From Oscillospiraceae bacterium (GTDB taxonomy: Bacteria; Bacillota_I; Bacilli_A; RF39; UBA660), in contig CAVGWA010000005.1 of the NCBI GenBank assembly GCA_963632935.1, forward strand, positions 610-64,609: DNA of 64,000 bases, given 5' to 3'. Below are positions 19,566-28,480 of this stretch, in pieces; position 1 is the stretch's first letter; each line of letters opens with the position of its first letter. Position numbers and translations under genes: made by a program. A model generated the notes under the pieces. It saw only the letters and a list, made by a program, of their open reading frames with translations. It ran no database searches and had not been told where the DNA came from.

Positions 19566-20238
19566 TAACTATATCCTTTATAATTTTTCCATCTGACATT
19601 GTAATTATTCTATTAGTATTTTGTGCGAGTGAAATGTCGTGGGTTACCATAATAATTGTTTGTTTATATTTTTTATTGTAATATTTTAATAATCTCATTA
19701 TTTTTTTTGTATTTTTACTATCTAGGTTTCCTGTCGGTTCATCTGCTAATAATAATTTAGGACGATTTATTAACGCTCTACCAATACTTACACGTTGCTG
19801 CTGACCACCTGATAGGTCGTTTGGTAATATGTTTTCCTTTGTTGATAGATCTAATGTTTTAATTAATTCATTTAGTTTTTTTTCACTAATTTTACGATTA
19901 TCAAATAATGCTGGTAGTAAAATATTTTCTTTAACATTTAATACTGGTATTAAGTTGTAAAATTGATAAATAATTCCAATATTTTTTCTTCTAAAAATTG
20001 TTAAATCGTTATCTTTCATTTTGTTAATGTCTGTATTATTTATTAGTATTGTACCACTATCAGGTTTATCAAGGCCACCAATTAAATGAATAAGCGTACT
20101 TTTTCCAGAACCACTTTTTCCTATAATTGATACAAATTGTCCTTTTTTTATATTAATGTTGATGTTTTTTAATGCGTAAAATTCATTATTTCCATTTTTA
20201 TATTTTTTATTTAAATCTTTAATGTTTAATATATCCAT
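19552..20238 (-). CDS. ABC transporter ATP-binding protein (MacB/BceA/LolD-like)
   Basis: Walker A GKSGSGKST, signature LSGGQQQRV, Walker B LLLADEPTGNLD and H-loop VTHD. Confidence 0.92.
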   Translation of the reverse strand: MDILNIKDLNKKYKNGNNEFYALKNININIKKGQFVSIIGKSGSGKSTLIHLIGGLDKPDSGTILINNTDINKMKDNDLTIFRRKNIGIIYQFYNLIPVLNVKENILLPALFDNRKISEKKLNELIKTLDLSTKENILPNDLSGGQQQRVSIGRALINRPKLLLADEPTGNLDSKNTKKIMRLLKYYNKKYKQTIIMVTHDISLAQNTNRIITMSDGKIIKDIVNDKF

Positions 20239-20402
20239 ATTTGTTCCTTTCTAAATTTATCTTTCATTTAATAACATACGATTTTTTTGTCTTATTTCCT
20301 GCAAGAACGATAAAAAAAAATTAAGAATATGAAAAAAATATAAAAAGGTAAAATATTTAAATTTTTAAACATATTAAAAAAGACTAGAATAAAGACTAGC
20401 CT

Positions 20403-21806
20403 TTAATTATTTACTACATATGGATTAGAAATAGTTCCTTCACCTGATAAAGTAATATCAGATGATAAGAAGAAGACTGGAGATATAGAACTTACACTAG
20501 AAGGTAAACTCCAACCTGTTGACCAACTAATAGAATACAAATGGCCTGCATAATCAGTATAAGTTGGTGTAATTGTATAACTAGATAAATATGCTAACCA
20601 GTTTGTAGCCATACATTCATAACCTTCCTCATAAACAGAACTTTTACGTAAAGTACCACATAATTCTGTATTACTATTAGCCTTTACATAATCGCTTGCA
20701 TTTATTAATCCTATTTTGCCCTTCCACTGATAAGTGCTTTCTTGACTCAATGTATCAGATAAACTAGTATCTGCATAACTCATTGCACTTGTAATACCTA
20801 CATTAAACAAATGCGTTACTATTTTGCTTTGTATATTTGTGGGTAATGTATTTAACCATGTTTTATTTAAATATGTATTTATATATGCTTCTTTTTCCGG
20901 AAGATTATACAAATTTCCTCCTACAGTCCTTGGCATAGACGTTACATTATTTCCTGATGAATCTAACATTGTTGTCCTACTTCCCCATACATTACAGCCT
21001 GAATATTGAGCTTCTACTGAAGGAGAAGAAGGATTCCCATTCGAACCATAATAACAATAATCCGTAAATGAACTTGTATATCTTGTTCCAGTAACAGAAT
21101 TTGCATCCGTTACTCCTGATATACTTGTTGAATATCCTGGGTCAAATGGCATACTTCCAATGTTATCATTTTTAATTACTTTAAGTGTTCCATCTGATTC
21201 TATAGATATTATTCTATACATATCAGAACCTAATTTAATATAATTACCTGGAGTTACTCCTTTATACACATATCTATTTGATTCGGTACTATCAACATAT
21301 AACCCATCTCCCGATGTTACTACACCCTTAATCAAATCAGATGTTTCAGTAAAAATACCACATTCAGCTTCAGATACCTTAGTAAAAGTTAAAGTTTTAT
21401 CAGTATCTTTTTTTATGGCACATATTCCAACTGATTTATTATAAACAGCCATTGAAATTTTACCATCTTTATCAATTTTTATTGTTCCACTATCTGGATT
21501 TGTTCCAGAATATTTAAGTAAACTTTCAGTAGAAGTTTCTTCCTTTTTTGTTTGGGCGTTTGTATATGTATTTGTTTGATTTTGATTTTTAAATGTAATT
21601 TGTAATGGTAATTTTACTGTTTCTTCTAGTGATTGAGAACTATAATAGTTTTGAGAAGCTTTTAATAATAATGTTGTGCTATCTTCAAAACTCTTTGTTT
21701 TAGCAGTACTAATAACATTAAGAACAATTGGTGTTGTTATGGTTGCTATTATTCCAATGATTATAATGACAGCTAATAATTCAACTAATGTAAAACCTTT
21801 TTTCAT
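20403..21806 (-). CDS. Type IV pilin-like protein with a large (about 430 aa) C-terminal domain
   Basis: The start is set at ATG 21806 (MKKG|FTLVELLAVIIIIGIIATI), a prepilin class III signal with Glu at +5. This ATG overlaps the TAA of the upstream pilin gene (TAATG). Confidence 0.8.
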   Translation of the reverse strand: MKKGFTLVELLAVIIIIGIIATITTPIVLNVISTAKTKSFEDSTTLLLKASQNYYSSQSLEETVKLPLQITFKNQNQTNTYTNAQTKKEETSTESLLKYSGTNPDSGTIKIDKDGKISMAVYNKSVGICAIKKDTDKTLTFTKVSEAECGIFTETSDLIKGVVTSGDGLYVDSTESNRYVYKGVTPGNYIKLGSDMYRIISIESDGTLKVIKNDNIGSMPFDPGYSTSISGVTDANSVTGTRYTSSFTDYCYYGSNGNPSSPSVEAQYSGCNVWGSRTTMLDSSGNNVTSMPRTVGGNLYNLPEKEAYINTYLNKTWLNTLPTNIQSKIVTHLFNVGITSAMSYADTSLSDTLSQESTYQWKGKIGLINASDYVKANSNTELCGTLRKSSVYEEGYECMATNWLAYLSSYTITPTYTDYAGHLYSISWSTGWSLPSSVSSISPVFFLSSDITLSGEGTISNPYVVNN

Positions 21807-22210
21807 TAAGCACATTTTTCCTTATTATTTTTATTAATGTATTCATAAAAATATTTTTTATAATTGCTTGTTACCTTAACAACATCCTTTAACATTTCAC
21901 AATTTTTTTTGCTATTTATTGTATTGCTACTTATATAACCATTATCAACTAAAACTTGTCCTGTTATCTCACCACTACTACCATATTCTTTTATAACAGT
22001 ATCTGATTTTAATGCTTTAGGAAATTCATCAACATGATTATTTACATAATTTCTAGCAGCTGATATCATTAATTGTTTTGATGCTTCATCTGTTTCATTT
22101 TGCGAATTATTAAGCATGCTTAATACAGCAGGAAATGCTAATAAAGCTATAATAGCAAGTATAACAATCGTTCCTAATAGTTCAATTAAAGTAAATCCTT
22201 TATTTTTCAT
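21806..22210 (-). CDS. Type IV pilin-like protein (134 aa)
   Basis: MKNKG|FTLIELLGTIVILAIIALLAFP, a canonical prepilin cleavage/methylation motif followed by a pilin-sized globular part. Confidence 0.85.
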   Translation of the reverse strand: MKNKGFTLIELLGTIVILAIIALLAFPAVLSMLNNSQNETDEASKQLMISAARNYVNNHVDEFPKALKSDTVIKEYGSSGEITGQVLVDNGYISSNTINSKKNCEMLKDVVKVTSNYKKYFYEYINKNNKEKCA

Positions 22211-22254
22211 ATAAACACCTACTGTGATAATTATAGCATTTATGTTTTAAGATG

Positions 22255-23019
22255 TCAATTTACTTGATGAAAATCTAATCTTAATTTATCAGCAATAGTT
22301 ACCATAAATTCTGAATTAGTAGGTTTTGCTTTATCAATATCTACACTATATCCAAATATTTCTTCCATAAAATCTAAATTTCCTCTATTCCAGCTTACTT
22401 CTATTGCATGTCTTATTGCTCTTTCGACTCTTGATACTGTTGTATCAAATTTATCAGCTAATAATGGATATAATTCTTTAGTAATTCCTCCTATTATACC
22501 TGGATTTTCAAAAATAACATTTACAGCTTCCCTTATATATTGATATCCTTTTATATGTGAAGGTATTCCTAATTCATGTAGCATTTTAGTAATAGAAATT
22601 TGTAGATTACTTGTATAAAAATCAATGTTTTGATCACTATTTTCTTTTTCCATAATATCATATATTCTTTTTTCCAAAATAGATAAATCAAATGGTTTTA
22701 AAATATAATAACTTACTCCAAATTCTGATACTTCACGAATTACTTCAGCTGCATTATAACTTGTAGCTACTATAACTTTATTTTTTAAATTTCTTTTTTT
22801 CATTTCATTTAAAACATAAATTCCATCTTTGTTTGGCATAATTAAATCTAATATTATTAAGTCTATTTTATTTTGATATTTTTCTATTTGCTTTACTCCA
22901 TCTTCCCCATCATTTGCTTGATAAGCTATATTTATATTTTCATTTTCTTTAAAATATTCTTTTACCATTTCTATTAAATTTAAATTATCGTCTATCATTA
23001 AAATATTTATTTTTTTCAT
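22255..23019 (-). CDS. spo0A: Sporulation master regulator Spo0A
   Basis: Receiver domain (ILMIDDN..., DLIILDLIMPNKDG) plus a Spo0A-specific C-terminus (HIKGYQYIREAV...ITKELYPLLADKFDTTVSRVERAIRHAIEVSWNRGN). Confidence 0.95.
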   Translation of the reverse strand: MKKINILMIDDNLNLIEMVKEYFKENENINIAYQANDGEDGVKQIEKYQNKIDLIILDLIMPNKDGIYVLNEMKKRNLKNKVIVATSYNAAEVIREVSEFGVSYYILKPFDLSILEKRIYDIMEKENSDQNIDFYTSNLQISITKMLHELGIPSHIKGYQYIREAVNVIFENPGIIGGITKELYPLLADKFDTTVSRVERAIRHAIEVSWNRGNLDFMEEIFGYSVDIDKAKPTNSEFMVTIADKLRLDFHQVN

Positions 23020-23121
23020 ATGTTATCTCCCCTTTTTATTTAAAAATTTATTTATAAGCTTACTACACTAAAATTATACAAAAGTTTTTATTTTTATTCT
23101 AGGGTTAAAAATATCTAGTTT

Positions 23122-23128
23122 TGTCGAA
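23122..23128 (+). promoter_or_regulatory. Consensus 0A box (TGTCGAA) upstream of spo0A
   Basis: Exact TGTCGAA at 23122-23128, about 103 nt upstream of the spo0A start. An extended -10 (TGTATAAT on the minus strand) lies at 23073-23080. Confidence 0.4.
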
Positions 23129-23160
23129 TAAAAAAAGGAGTTATTTTTGAACAACTTCCT
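23129..23160 (-). terminator. Possible terminator at the end of tpiA
   Basis: On the minus strand: AGGAAGTT (23160-23153) pairs with AACTCCT (23142-23136) with one bulge and a 10-nt loop, followed by tttttttatt. Confidence 0.4.
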
Positions 23161-23803
23161 CAATTTTTAATAAACTACTAATTTTAACACCAGAAATTCC
23201 TAATAAAAAACCAGAAATATTCTTTATTTCATTTAATTTTTCTATATTACTTTCATCTATGCTACCACCATATAAAATTTTAAAATTTGGATATTTATTT
23301 TTTATATAATCTATTATTTTTTCTATTTCTTCAGCAGTAGGAGTTATGCCTGTTCCAATAGCCCACACGGGTTCATAAGCAATTATTACATTTCCTTTTA
23401 TATTTTTTAAAACATTTAATTGTTTATCTAAATGGTTTTTTATATTTTCATTTTTTTCTTCACCAACGCACAATACGGGAATCAAATTATTTTCTAAAGC
23501 TATTTTTATTTTTTCTTCTATTTCATCACTTATATTTTTTCTAACTTCACTATGACCGATTAAAGCATAATGACATCCCATTTCTTGTGCGGAAAGTGCG
23601 GATATTTCTCCAGTGTATGCCCCTGATGAATGTGAAGAGATATTTTGAATACCACAGGTAAAACCATTTTCTATAAATGTCCCAATATGAATAGATGAAG
23701 GGAAAAAAATTATATTTTTTTCTTTTAATGCTTTTATATAATTTTGAATATCTTCTTTTTTGTTCAAATACATCTTTAAATTAACAAATATCATTTTTTC
23801 CAT
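23141..23803 (-). CDS. tpiA: Triose-phosphate isomerase (short form, 220 aa)
   Basis: FVNLKMY (Asn/Lys), IGHSEVR (His) and AYEPVWAIGTG (Glu) catalytic motifs, plus YGGSI. The start overlaps the upstream glycosyltransferase gene by 13 nt. Confidence 0.9.
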   Translation of the reverse strand: MEKMIFVNLKMYLNKKEDIQNYIKALKEKNIIFFPSSIHIGTFIENGFTCGIQNISSHSSGAYTGEISALSAQEMGCHYALIGHSEVRKNISDEIEEKIKIALENNLIPVLCVGEEKNENIKNHLDKQLNVLKNIKGNVIIAYEPVWAIGTGITPTAEEIEKIIDYIKNKYPNFKILYGGSIDESNIEKLNEIKNISGFLLGISGVKISSLLKIEEVVQK

Positions 23804-25017
23804 TTAATCACCTTTTTGAAAAAATTTTCTATTTTTTCTTTATAACTTAATTTTCTATTTTTTAAAGCTAAATTGTAAACATCTAATACTCTTTCTGCGA
23901 AGTATTTTGCAGAATGCATCTCAGCACTATTTCTAGCCCCTTTTTTTAAAGATAAAAATAATTTTTTATCATTCATAATTTTTATTATTTTATTAATGCT
24001 ATCTTCTTCATTTTCAAATAAATAACCATTTAAATCATCAATTACAGTACCTGCGAAGCTTTCATCATTTATACATAATGAAGGAAGTGATGATGCCATA
24101 GCTTCAATTATTGTTAAACCTTGTGTTTCACTTTGAGAGGCGGATATAAATATATCAGCTAGATTATAATATGAAGGTACATCATCCCAAGGAACTTTCC
24201 CTGTAAAAATAATATTGTTCATACATTTACTAGATAATTTTTCATATCTTTCTTTATCAGGACCATCTCCAACAATTAATAATTTAAAGTTTGGTTTTTG
24301 TTTTATAATTTTTTCAGTTATATTTATTAAAAATGGAATATTTTTTTCTTCAGCTATTCTACCTACAAATATGGCTACAAAATCTTTATTTTTTATATTG
24401 TATTTTTTTTGTAATATGTTTGTTTTTTTTATATCAACATTTTCTTCATAAAAACGTTCCAATTCTATTCCAGTTGGAATTATATGAATATTTCTTGAAA
24501 CATTATATTTTTTCTTAAACAAATCATAAGCTTTTTTAGTTGGAACAATAAGTTCTGTTATAGTTCTATCACAATAGAATTTGGTTAAATATTCAAGTAG
24601 TTTTTTACTTGATCTATCAAAATGACCTTTAGTTATATAATATACATAATCTTCATACATTGTATGATATGTATGAACTATTGGTATATTATATTGCTTT
24701 GCGAATAATCTAGCAAATGTACCAATAGCGAATTCTGTTTGAGAATGTATAACATCTAAATTCCAACTTCTTATTTTATTTATTGCTTTAATTGGATAAA
24801 TACTAGTTAATCTTGAATCATATATACCCGTTGGTATTCCTGGGATTTTTAAAACTTTTTCTTTTTCATCATATTCATAATGAAAATTTTCTAAATTAGC
24901 AGTTACAACATAAACTTCATGTCCTTTTTTTTCTAAGGCCTGTTTTAACATAAGTTCACTTGTTACAAGACCACTAATATATGGTGTATATGTTTCAGTA
25001 AAAATTCCAATTCTCAT
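23791..25017 (-). CDS. GT4-family glycosyltransferase (diacylglycerol glycosyltransferase-like; membrane glycolipid synthesis)
   Basis: MRIGIFTETYTPYISGLV N-terminus and a C-terminal GT1/GT4 motif (SQSETQGLTIIEAMASSLP). It resembles 1,2-diacylglycerol 3-glucosyltransferases. Confidence 0.8.
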   Translation of the reverse strand: MRIGIFTETYTPYISGLVTSELMLKQALEKKGHEVYVVTANLENFHYEYDEKEKVLKIPGIPTGIYDSRLTSIYPIKAINKIRSWNLDVIHSQTEFAIGTFARLFAKQYNIPIVHTYHTMYEDYVYYITKGHFDRSSKKLLEYLTKFYCDRTITELIVPTKKAYDLFKKKYNVSRNIHIIPTGIELERFYEENVDIKKTNILQKKYNIKNKDFVAIFVGRIAEEKNIPFLINITEKIIKQKPNFKLLIVGDGPDKERYEKLSSKCMNNIIFTGKVPWDDVPSYYNLADIFISASQSETQGLTIIEAMASSLPSLCINDESFAGTVIDDLNGYLFENEEDSINKIIKIMNDKKLFLSLKKGARNSAEMHSAKYFAERVLDVYNLALKNRKLSYKEKIENFFKKVIKWKK

Positions 25018-26018
25018 TATTTTGCCTCCTTATTAAAGGAAAGTGTTAAACCACCTATTAATATTCCAAAGTAGTACGTTACTATTCTCCAAGCAATCAT
25101 AACACTTGATAAAACTGGTTCGGTTATAAAGTTTTTAAAAAATGAAAGAAAACTATATTCTAATCCACCAGTACCTCCAGGAATTGGTGTCATTGAACCT
25201 ATCAGCATAACATATGCGGATGTAATTACTACTTTTATTGGATTTAAATATATTCCAAGACCCATTAATAATGCGAATGGAATTAAATATTGACCTATTA
25301 AAGCTATAAAGTTTAATAAAATTATTTTAAATACATTTACTTTATCTTTAAAAAGTACTATCGCACTTTCATGAAAATTACTAATAAATTCTTCTGAACT
25401 TTTTAATTTTTCTTCTTTATTTTTAATTATTTTCAATTTATATAAAATATTAATGGAACCATCAATTAATTTTTTATTCCATTTTCGACTAAATGCGACT
25501 AAAAATAGAAAAATAACTACTAATGTATTTATTGTAAAACCTAATACTACTAATTTTTTTAAAAGTGCACTAGCTGGAAATAAACGGAGCTGATAATTTG
25601 TAATAATAGCAATTAATCCAAGTAAAACAAGAGCAATTTGATATGCTATAAAATCTTGAATTATAACATTACTAGCCTGACCTAAAGATAGACCATCTTT
25701 TTTTAATTTATATATCTGCCATGGCTGACCACCAGATGAAAATGGAGTTATTGCATGAAAAAATTGTGTAGTTACCATAAGTAAAATACCTTGCTTAATT
25801 GTATATTTATCATATACTTTTTTTGTGCAGTAATATAAAACTAATCCTTTAAAAAACCAATATAATAAAATTAAAGAAAAAGCTATTAATAACCATTTAA
25901 TATCAAATGAAAATAAATATTTAACCTTTTCTTGAAAATTATCTTTTAAAGCTAAATAAAGTACCAATACGGTAAGAACTAATATTATTATAAAATTTCT
26001 TTTATTATTTTTCATCAA
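25017..26018 (-). CDS. Flippase-like / lysyl-phosphatidylglycerol-synthase TM-region family membrane protein (UPF0104)
   Basis: 333 aa with about 8 TM helices and a PIPGGTGGLE motif typical of this family. There is a 1-nt overlap with the downstream GT4 gene and a 14-nt overlap with pgk. Confidence 0.7.
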   Translation of the reverse strand: MMKNNKRNFIIILVLTVLVLYLALKDNFQEKVKYLFSFDIKWLLIAFSLILLYWFFKGLVLYYCTKKVYDKYTIKQGILLMVTTQFFHAITPFSSGGQPWQIYKLKKDGLSLGQASNVIIQDFIAYQIALVLLGLIAIITNYQLRLFPASALLKKLVVLGFTINTLVVIFLFLVAFSRKWNKKLIDGSINILYKLKIIKNKEEKLKSSEEFISNFHESAIVLFKDKVNVFKIILLNFIALIGQYLIPFALLMGLGIYLNPIKVVITSAYVMLIGSMTPIPGGTGGLEYSFLSFFKNFITEPVLSSVMIAWRIVTYYFGILIGGLTLSFNKEAK

Positions 26019-27189
26019 TTATATCCAAAGCTTTTAAAGCTTTCCCTTCTAAATATTCTAAACTAGCTCCCCCTCCAGTTGAAATATGACTTATTTTATC
26101 TTCTAAGTTAAATTTATTAACACTTCTTACTGAATCTCCACCACCTACTACAGTGTAAGCTTTAGTTTCTGATATGATTTGTAATATTTTTTTAGTACCG
26201 TTTTCAAAAGGTTTTAATTCAAAATATCCTAATGGACCGTTTAAAAATATTGTTTTTGAATCGTCTATATACTGTTTAAAAACTTCTACTGTTTTTGGAC
26301 CAATGTCTAATCCAATTTCATCTTCTTTTATTTCATTTATAAATCTTTCATTAGTATTTGCTTTATCAGATATTTCATTAGCTGTTATGATATCAATTGG
26401 TAAAATAATTTTATCTTCATATTTATCAAGTAAATCTTTACAATATGATATTTTATCTTTTTCTAAAAGAGATTGTCCAATATTAAACCCTGCAGCTTTT
26501 AAAAATGTAAAAGACATTCCACCAGCAATTAAAATATAATCGGCTTTATTTATTAGATTACTAATAACTCCAATTTTATCACTTACTTTAGAACCGCCTA
26601 AAATAATTATATATGGTTTTTTAGGTTTATCTATTAGTTTACTTAATTTTTTTATTTCATTTTCAACTAAAAAGCCAATTCCACTAGGAATATTCTTTGA
26701 AATTCCATAGTTTGATGCATGAGTTCTATGAATAGTTCCGAAAGCATCATTTATAAATATATCACCTAAACTTGCCCAATATTTACTTAATTTTTCATCA
26801 CAATTACTTTCTTTTTTATTAGGTAAATCTTCAAACCTTGTGTTTTCTATTAAAATGACATCTTTATTTTTCATTTTATTTATAGCTTTTTCTATTTGTT
26901 CTCCACGAGTGATATCTATAAATGTAACTTTTTTTCTTAATAGTTTACTAAGTCTTTCTGAAACTGGTTTTAGGGTATATTTTTCTTTATCATCTTCTGT
27001 TTTAATTCTTCCTAAATGTGAAAGTAAAATTACTTTAGCTCCCATTTTTCTTGCATATCTAATTGTTTTTAAACTAGCTTTTAATCTTTTTTCATCTTTT
27101 ATAATTCCATTTTCTATTGGAACATTGAAGTCACATCTAATTATAACTTTTTTATCTAATAAGTCATAATCTTTTATTGTTTTTTTCAT
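26005..27189 (-). CDS. pgk: Phosphoglycerate kinase
   Basis: RCDFNVP, LLSHLGR, FEDLPNKKE, GGSKVSDKI and STGGGASLE motifs. Confidence 0.96.
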   Translation of the reverse strand: MKKTIKDYDLLDKKVIIRCDFNVPIENGIIKDEKRLKASLKTIRYARKMGAKVILLSHLGRIKTEDDKEKYTLKPVSERLSKLLRKKVTFIDITRGEQIEKAINKMKNKDVILIENTRFEDLPNKKESNCDEKLSKYWASLGDIFINDAFGTIHRTHASNYGISKNIPSGIGFLVENEIKKLSKLIDKPKKPYIIILGGSKVSDKIGVISNLINKADYILIAGGMSFTFLKAAGFNIGQSLLEKDKISYCKDLLDKYEDKIILPIDIITANEISDKANTNERFINEIKEDEIGLDIGPKTVEVFKQYIDDSKTIFLNGPLGYFELKPFENGTKKILQIISETKAYTVVGGGDSVRSVNKFNLEDKISHISTGGGASLEYLEGKALKALDIIDEK

Positions 27190-27193
27190 ATGC

Positions 27194-27559
27194 CTAACCT
27201 CCGTATGTATATTCTAATGTACCATTATTGTTTTTTACTTTTACATAGCTAGCTTCTTCAATAACTTTTGATTTTGTTTTAGGGTTTTGTAAAGTTCCTT
27301 GAACATAACCTGCAGCAACTAAATCTTCCGATTGTATTGTTTCTTCTGAACCATTTGTTGTTTTTAAAATATAATATTCATCTGAATGCACTTCCACATA
27401 TACTTCAGCCGCTTTTTCAATGGTATGTTTATATTCTGCATAATTATTTTCCTGAAATTTTTTATTTGTATCTATAATTGATGGAACAGATACTAAGATT
27501 ATAATTCCAAGTATAGTTAAAATTGCGAGTAATTCAACTAATGTAAAACCTTTATTCAT
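27194..27559 (-). CDS. Type IV pilin-like protein (121 aa), first gene of the pgk operon
   Basis: MNKG|FTLVELLAILTILGIIILVSVPS. Its stop codon lies 4 nt before the pgk start. A terminator lies upstream (27617-27641) and a candidate promoter lies between them. Confidence 0.85.
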   Translation of the reverse strand: MNKGFTLVELLAILTILGIIILVSVPSIIDTNKKFQENNYAEYKHTIEKAAEVYVEVHSDEYYILKTTNGSEETIQSEDLVAAGYVQGTLQNPKTKSKVIEEASYVKVKNNNGTLEYTYGG

Positions 27560-27576
27560 ATTATCACCCTATATTC

Positions 27577-27605
27577 ATTCTATAACATTTTTATAATAAT
27601 AACAA
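27577..27605 (-). promoter_or_regulatory. Candidate sigma-A-type promoter for the pilin-pgk operon
   Basis: On the minus strand: TTGTTA (27600-27605), a 17-nt spacer, then TAGAAT (27577-27582). It lies about 18 nt upstream of the pilin start. Confidence 0.35.
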
Positions 27606-27616
27606 GTTGTTTACAG

Positions 27617-27641
27617 ATAAAAACGTATCAGCTTGATACGT
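27617..27641 (-). terminator. Rho-independent terminator after the PASTA-domain gene
   Basis: Stem acgtatca (27623-27630) / tgatacgt (27634-27641) with a 3-nt loop, followed on the minus strand by ttttat. The stop codon lies in the stem. Confidence 0.55.
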
Positions 27642-28446
27642 CATTTGAAGTAGAATCACCTATTTTATCTTCTTCACTTATTTTATCTTCTTCACTTATT
27701 TTATCTTCTTTGGTTGTTTTATTATTTTCTTCATTGTTACTTTCTTCTTCATTATTTTTTGACACAGTTATTATTAATGTATCTGTTAATTTTATTTTTT
27801 TACCTTTTTTTACGTTTTGATTTATTACTGTGTCATTATCCTCGTCAGATAAAGAGTATACTATTTTATATTTTATATTATTTTTATTTAAAATATTTAT
27901 TGCTTCATTTAAATTAAGGTTAATTAAATTAGGAACTAAAATACTTGAATCTAAAATACCAACAGTTAATTTAATAGTAGTATTTTCCATTACCTTTGTA
28001 CCACTTTTTTTACTTTGATTAATTACAATTTTAGCATTGCTCTGATCAGTAACTATTTTTTCAATCTTAGCACATTGTAATTTTTTATTTTTAAGTATCC
28101 CACAAGCCTTTTCATAACTATAGCCAGTAACAGATGGAACAATAATATTTTGATTTGTATAAATATAATAACCTAAAAATCCAGCAAGACCTAAAGCCGA
28201 TAAACTTAATAAAACTAAAAATAACATCATAAATTTTTGGAATAAATTCATTTTACCTTTTTCTTTATTTCTATCAACATATTTTACTTTAGTTTTTTTC
28301 TTAGTTTTCACCTTAGTTTTTCCTTTTTTATACTTAATTTTTTCAAAGTTTTCAGGTTTTTCATCTAATGGAAAACCACATTTTTTACAAAAGAAAGAAT
28401 CTTCATCATTTTTTTTATTGCATTTTGGACAGTACATTTTCATCAC
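27628..28446 (-). CDS. Zinc-ribbon / single-TM / double-PASTA-domain protein (no kinase or PBP domain)
   Basis: N-terminal CPKC-N10-CKKC ribbon, a Lys-rich linker, a TM helix, two PASTA-like repeats (VPSVTGYSYEKACGILKNKKL...; VPNLINLNLNEAINILNKNNI...) and an acidic repeat tail. Confidence 0.75.
   Translation of the reverse strand: MMKMYCPKCNKKNDEDSFFCKKCGFPLDEKPENFEKIKYKKGKTKVKTKKKTKVKYVDRNKEKGKMNLFQKFMMLFLVLLSLSALGLAGFLGYYIYTNQNIIVPSVTGYSYEKACGILKNKKLQCAKIEKIVTDQSNAKIVINQSKKSGTKVMENTTIKLTVGILDSSILVPNLINLNLNEAINILNKNNIKYKIVYSLSDEDNDTVINQNVKKGKKIKLTDTLIITVSKNNEEESNNEENNKTTKEDKISEEDKISEEDKIGDSTSNDVSS
27661..27712. repeat. 18-bp tandem repeat x2.8 inside the PASTA-gene 3' end (encodes the SEEDKI repeats)
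   Basis: tattttatcttcttcact is repeated at 27661, 27679 and (partially) 27697. The protein reads KEDKISEEDKISEEDKIG. Confidence 0.9.
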
Positions 28447-28480
28447 CTACATATATTATACATTTTTTTAAAATAAAAAC

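Noticed and set aside
20239-20402. A terminator or regulatory hairpin between the long pilin gene and the ABC transporter operon (gactag...gactag).
   Set aside because: The repeated gactag units are direct, not inverted. No stable stem could be drawn.
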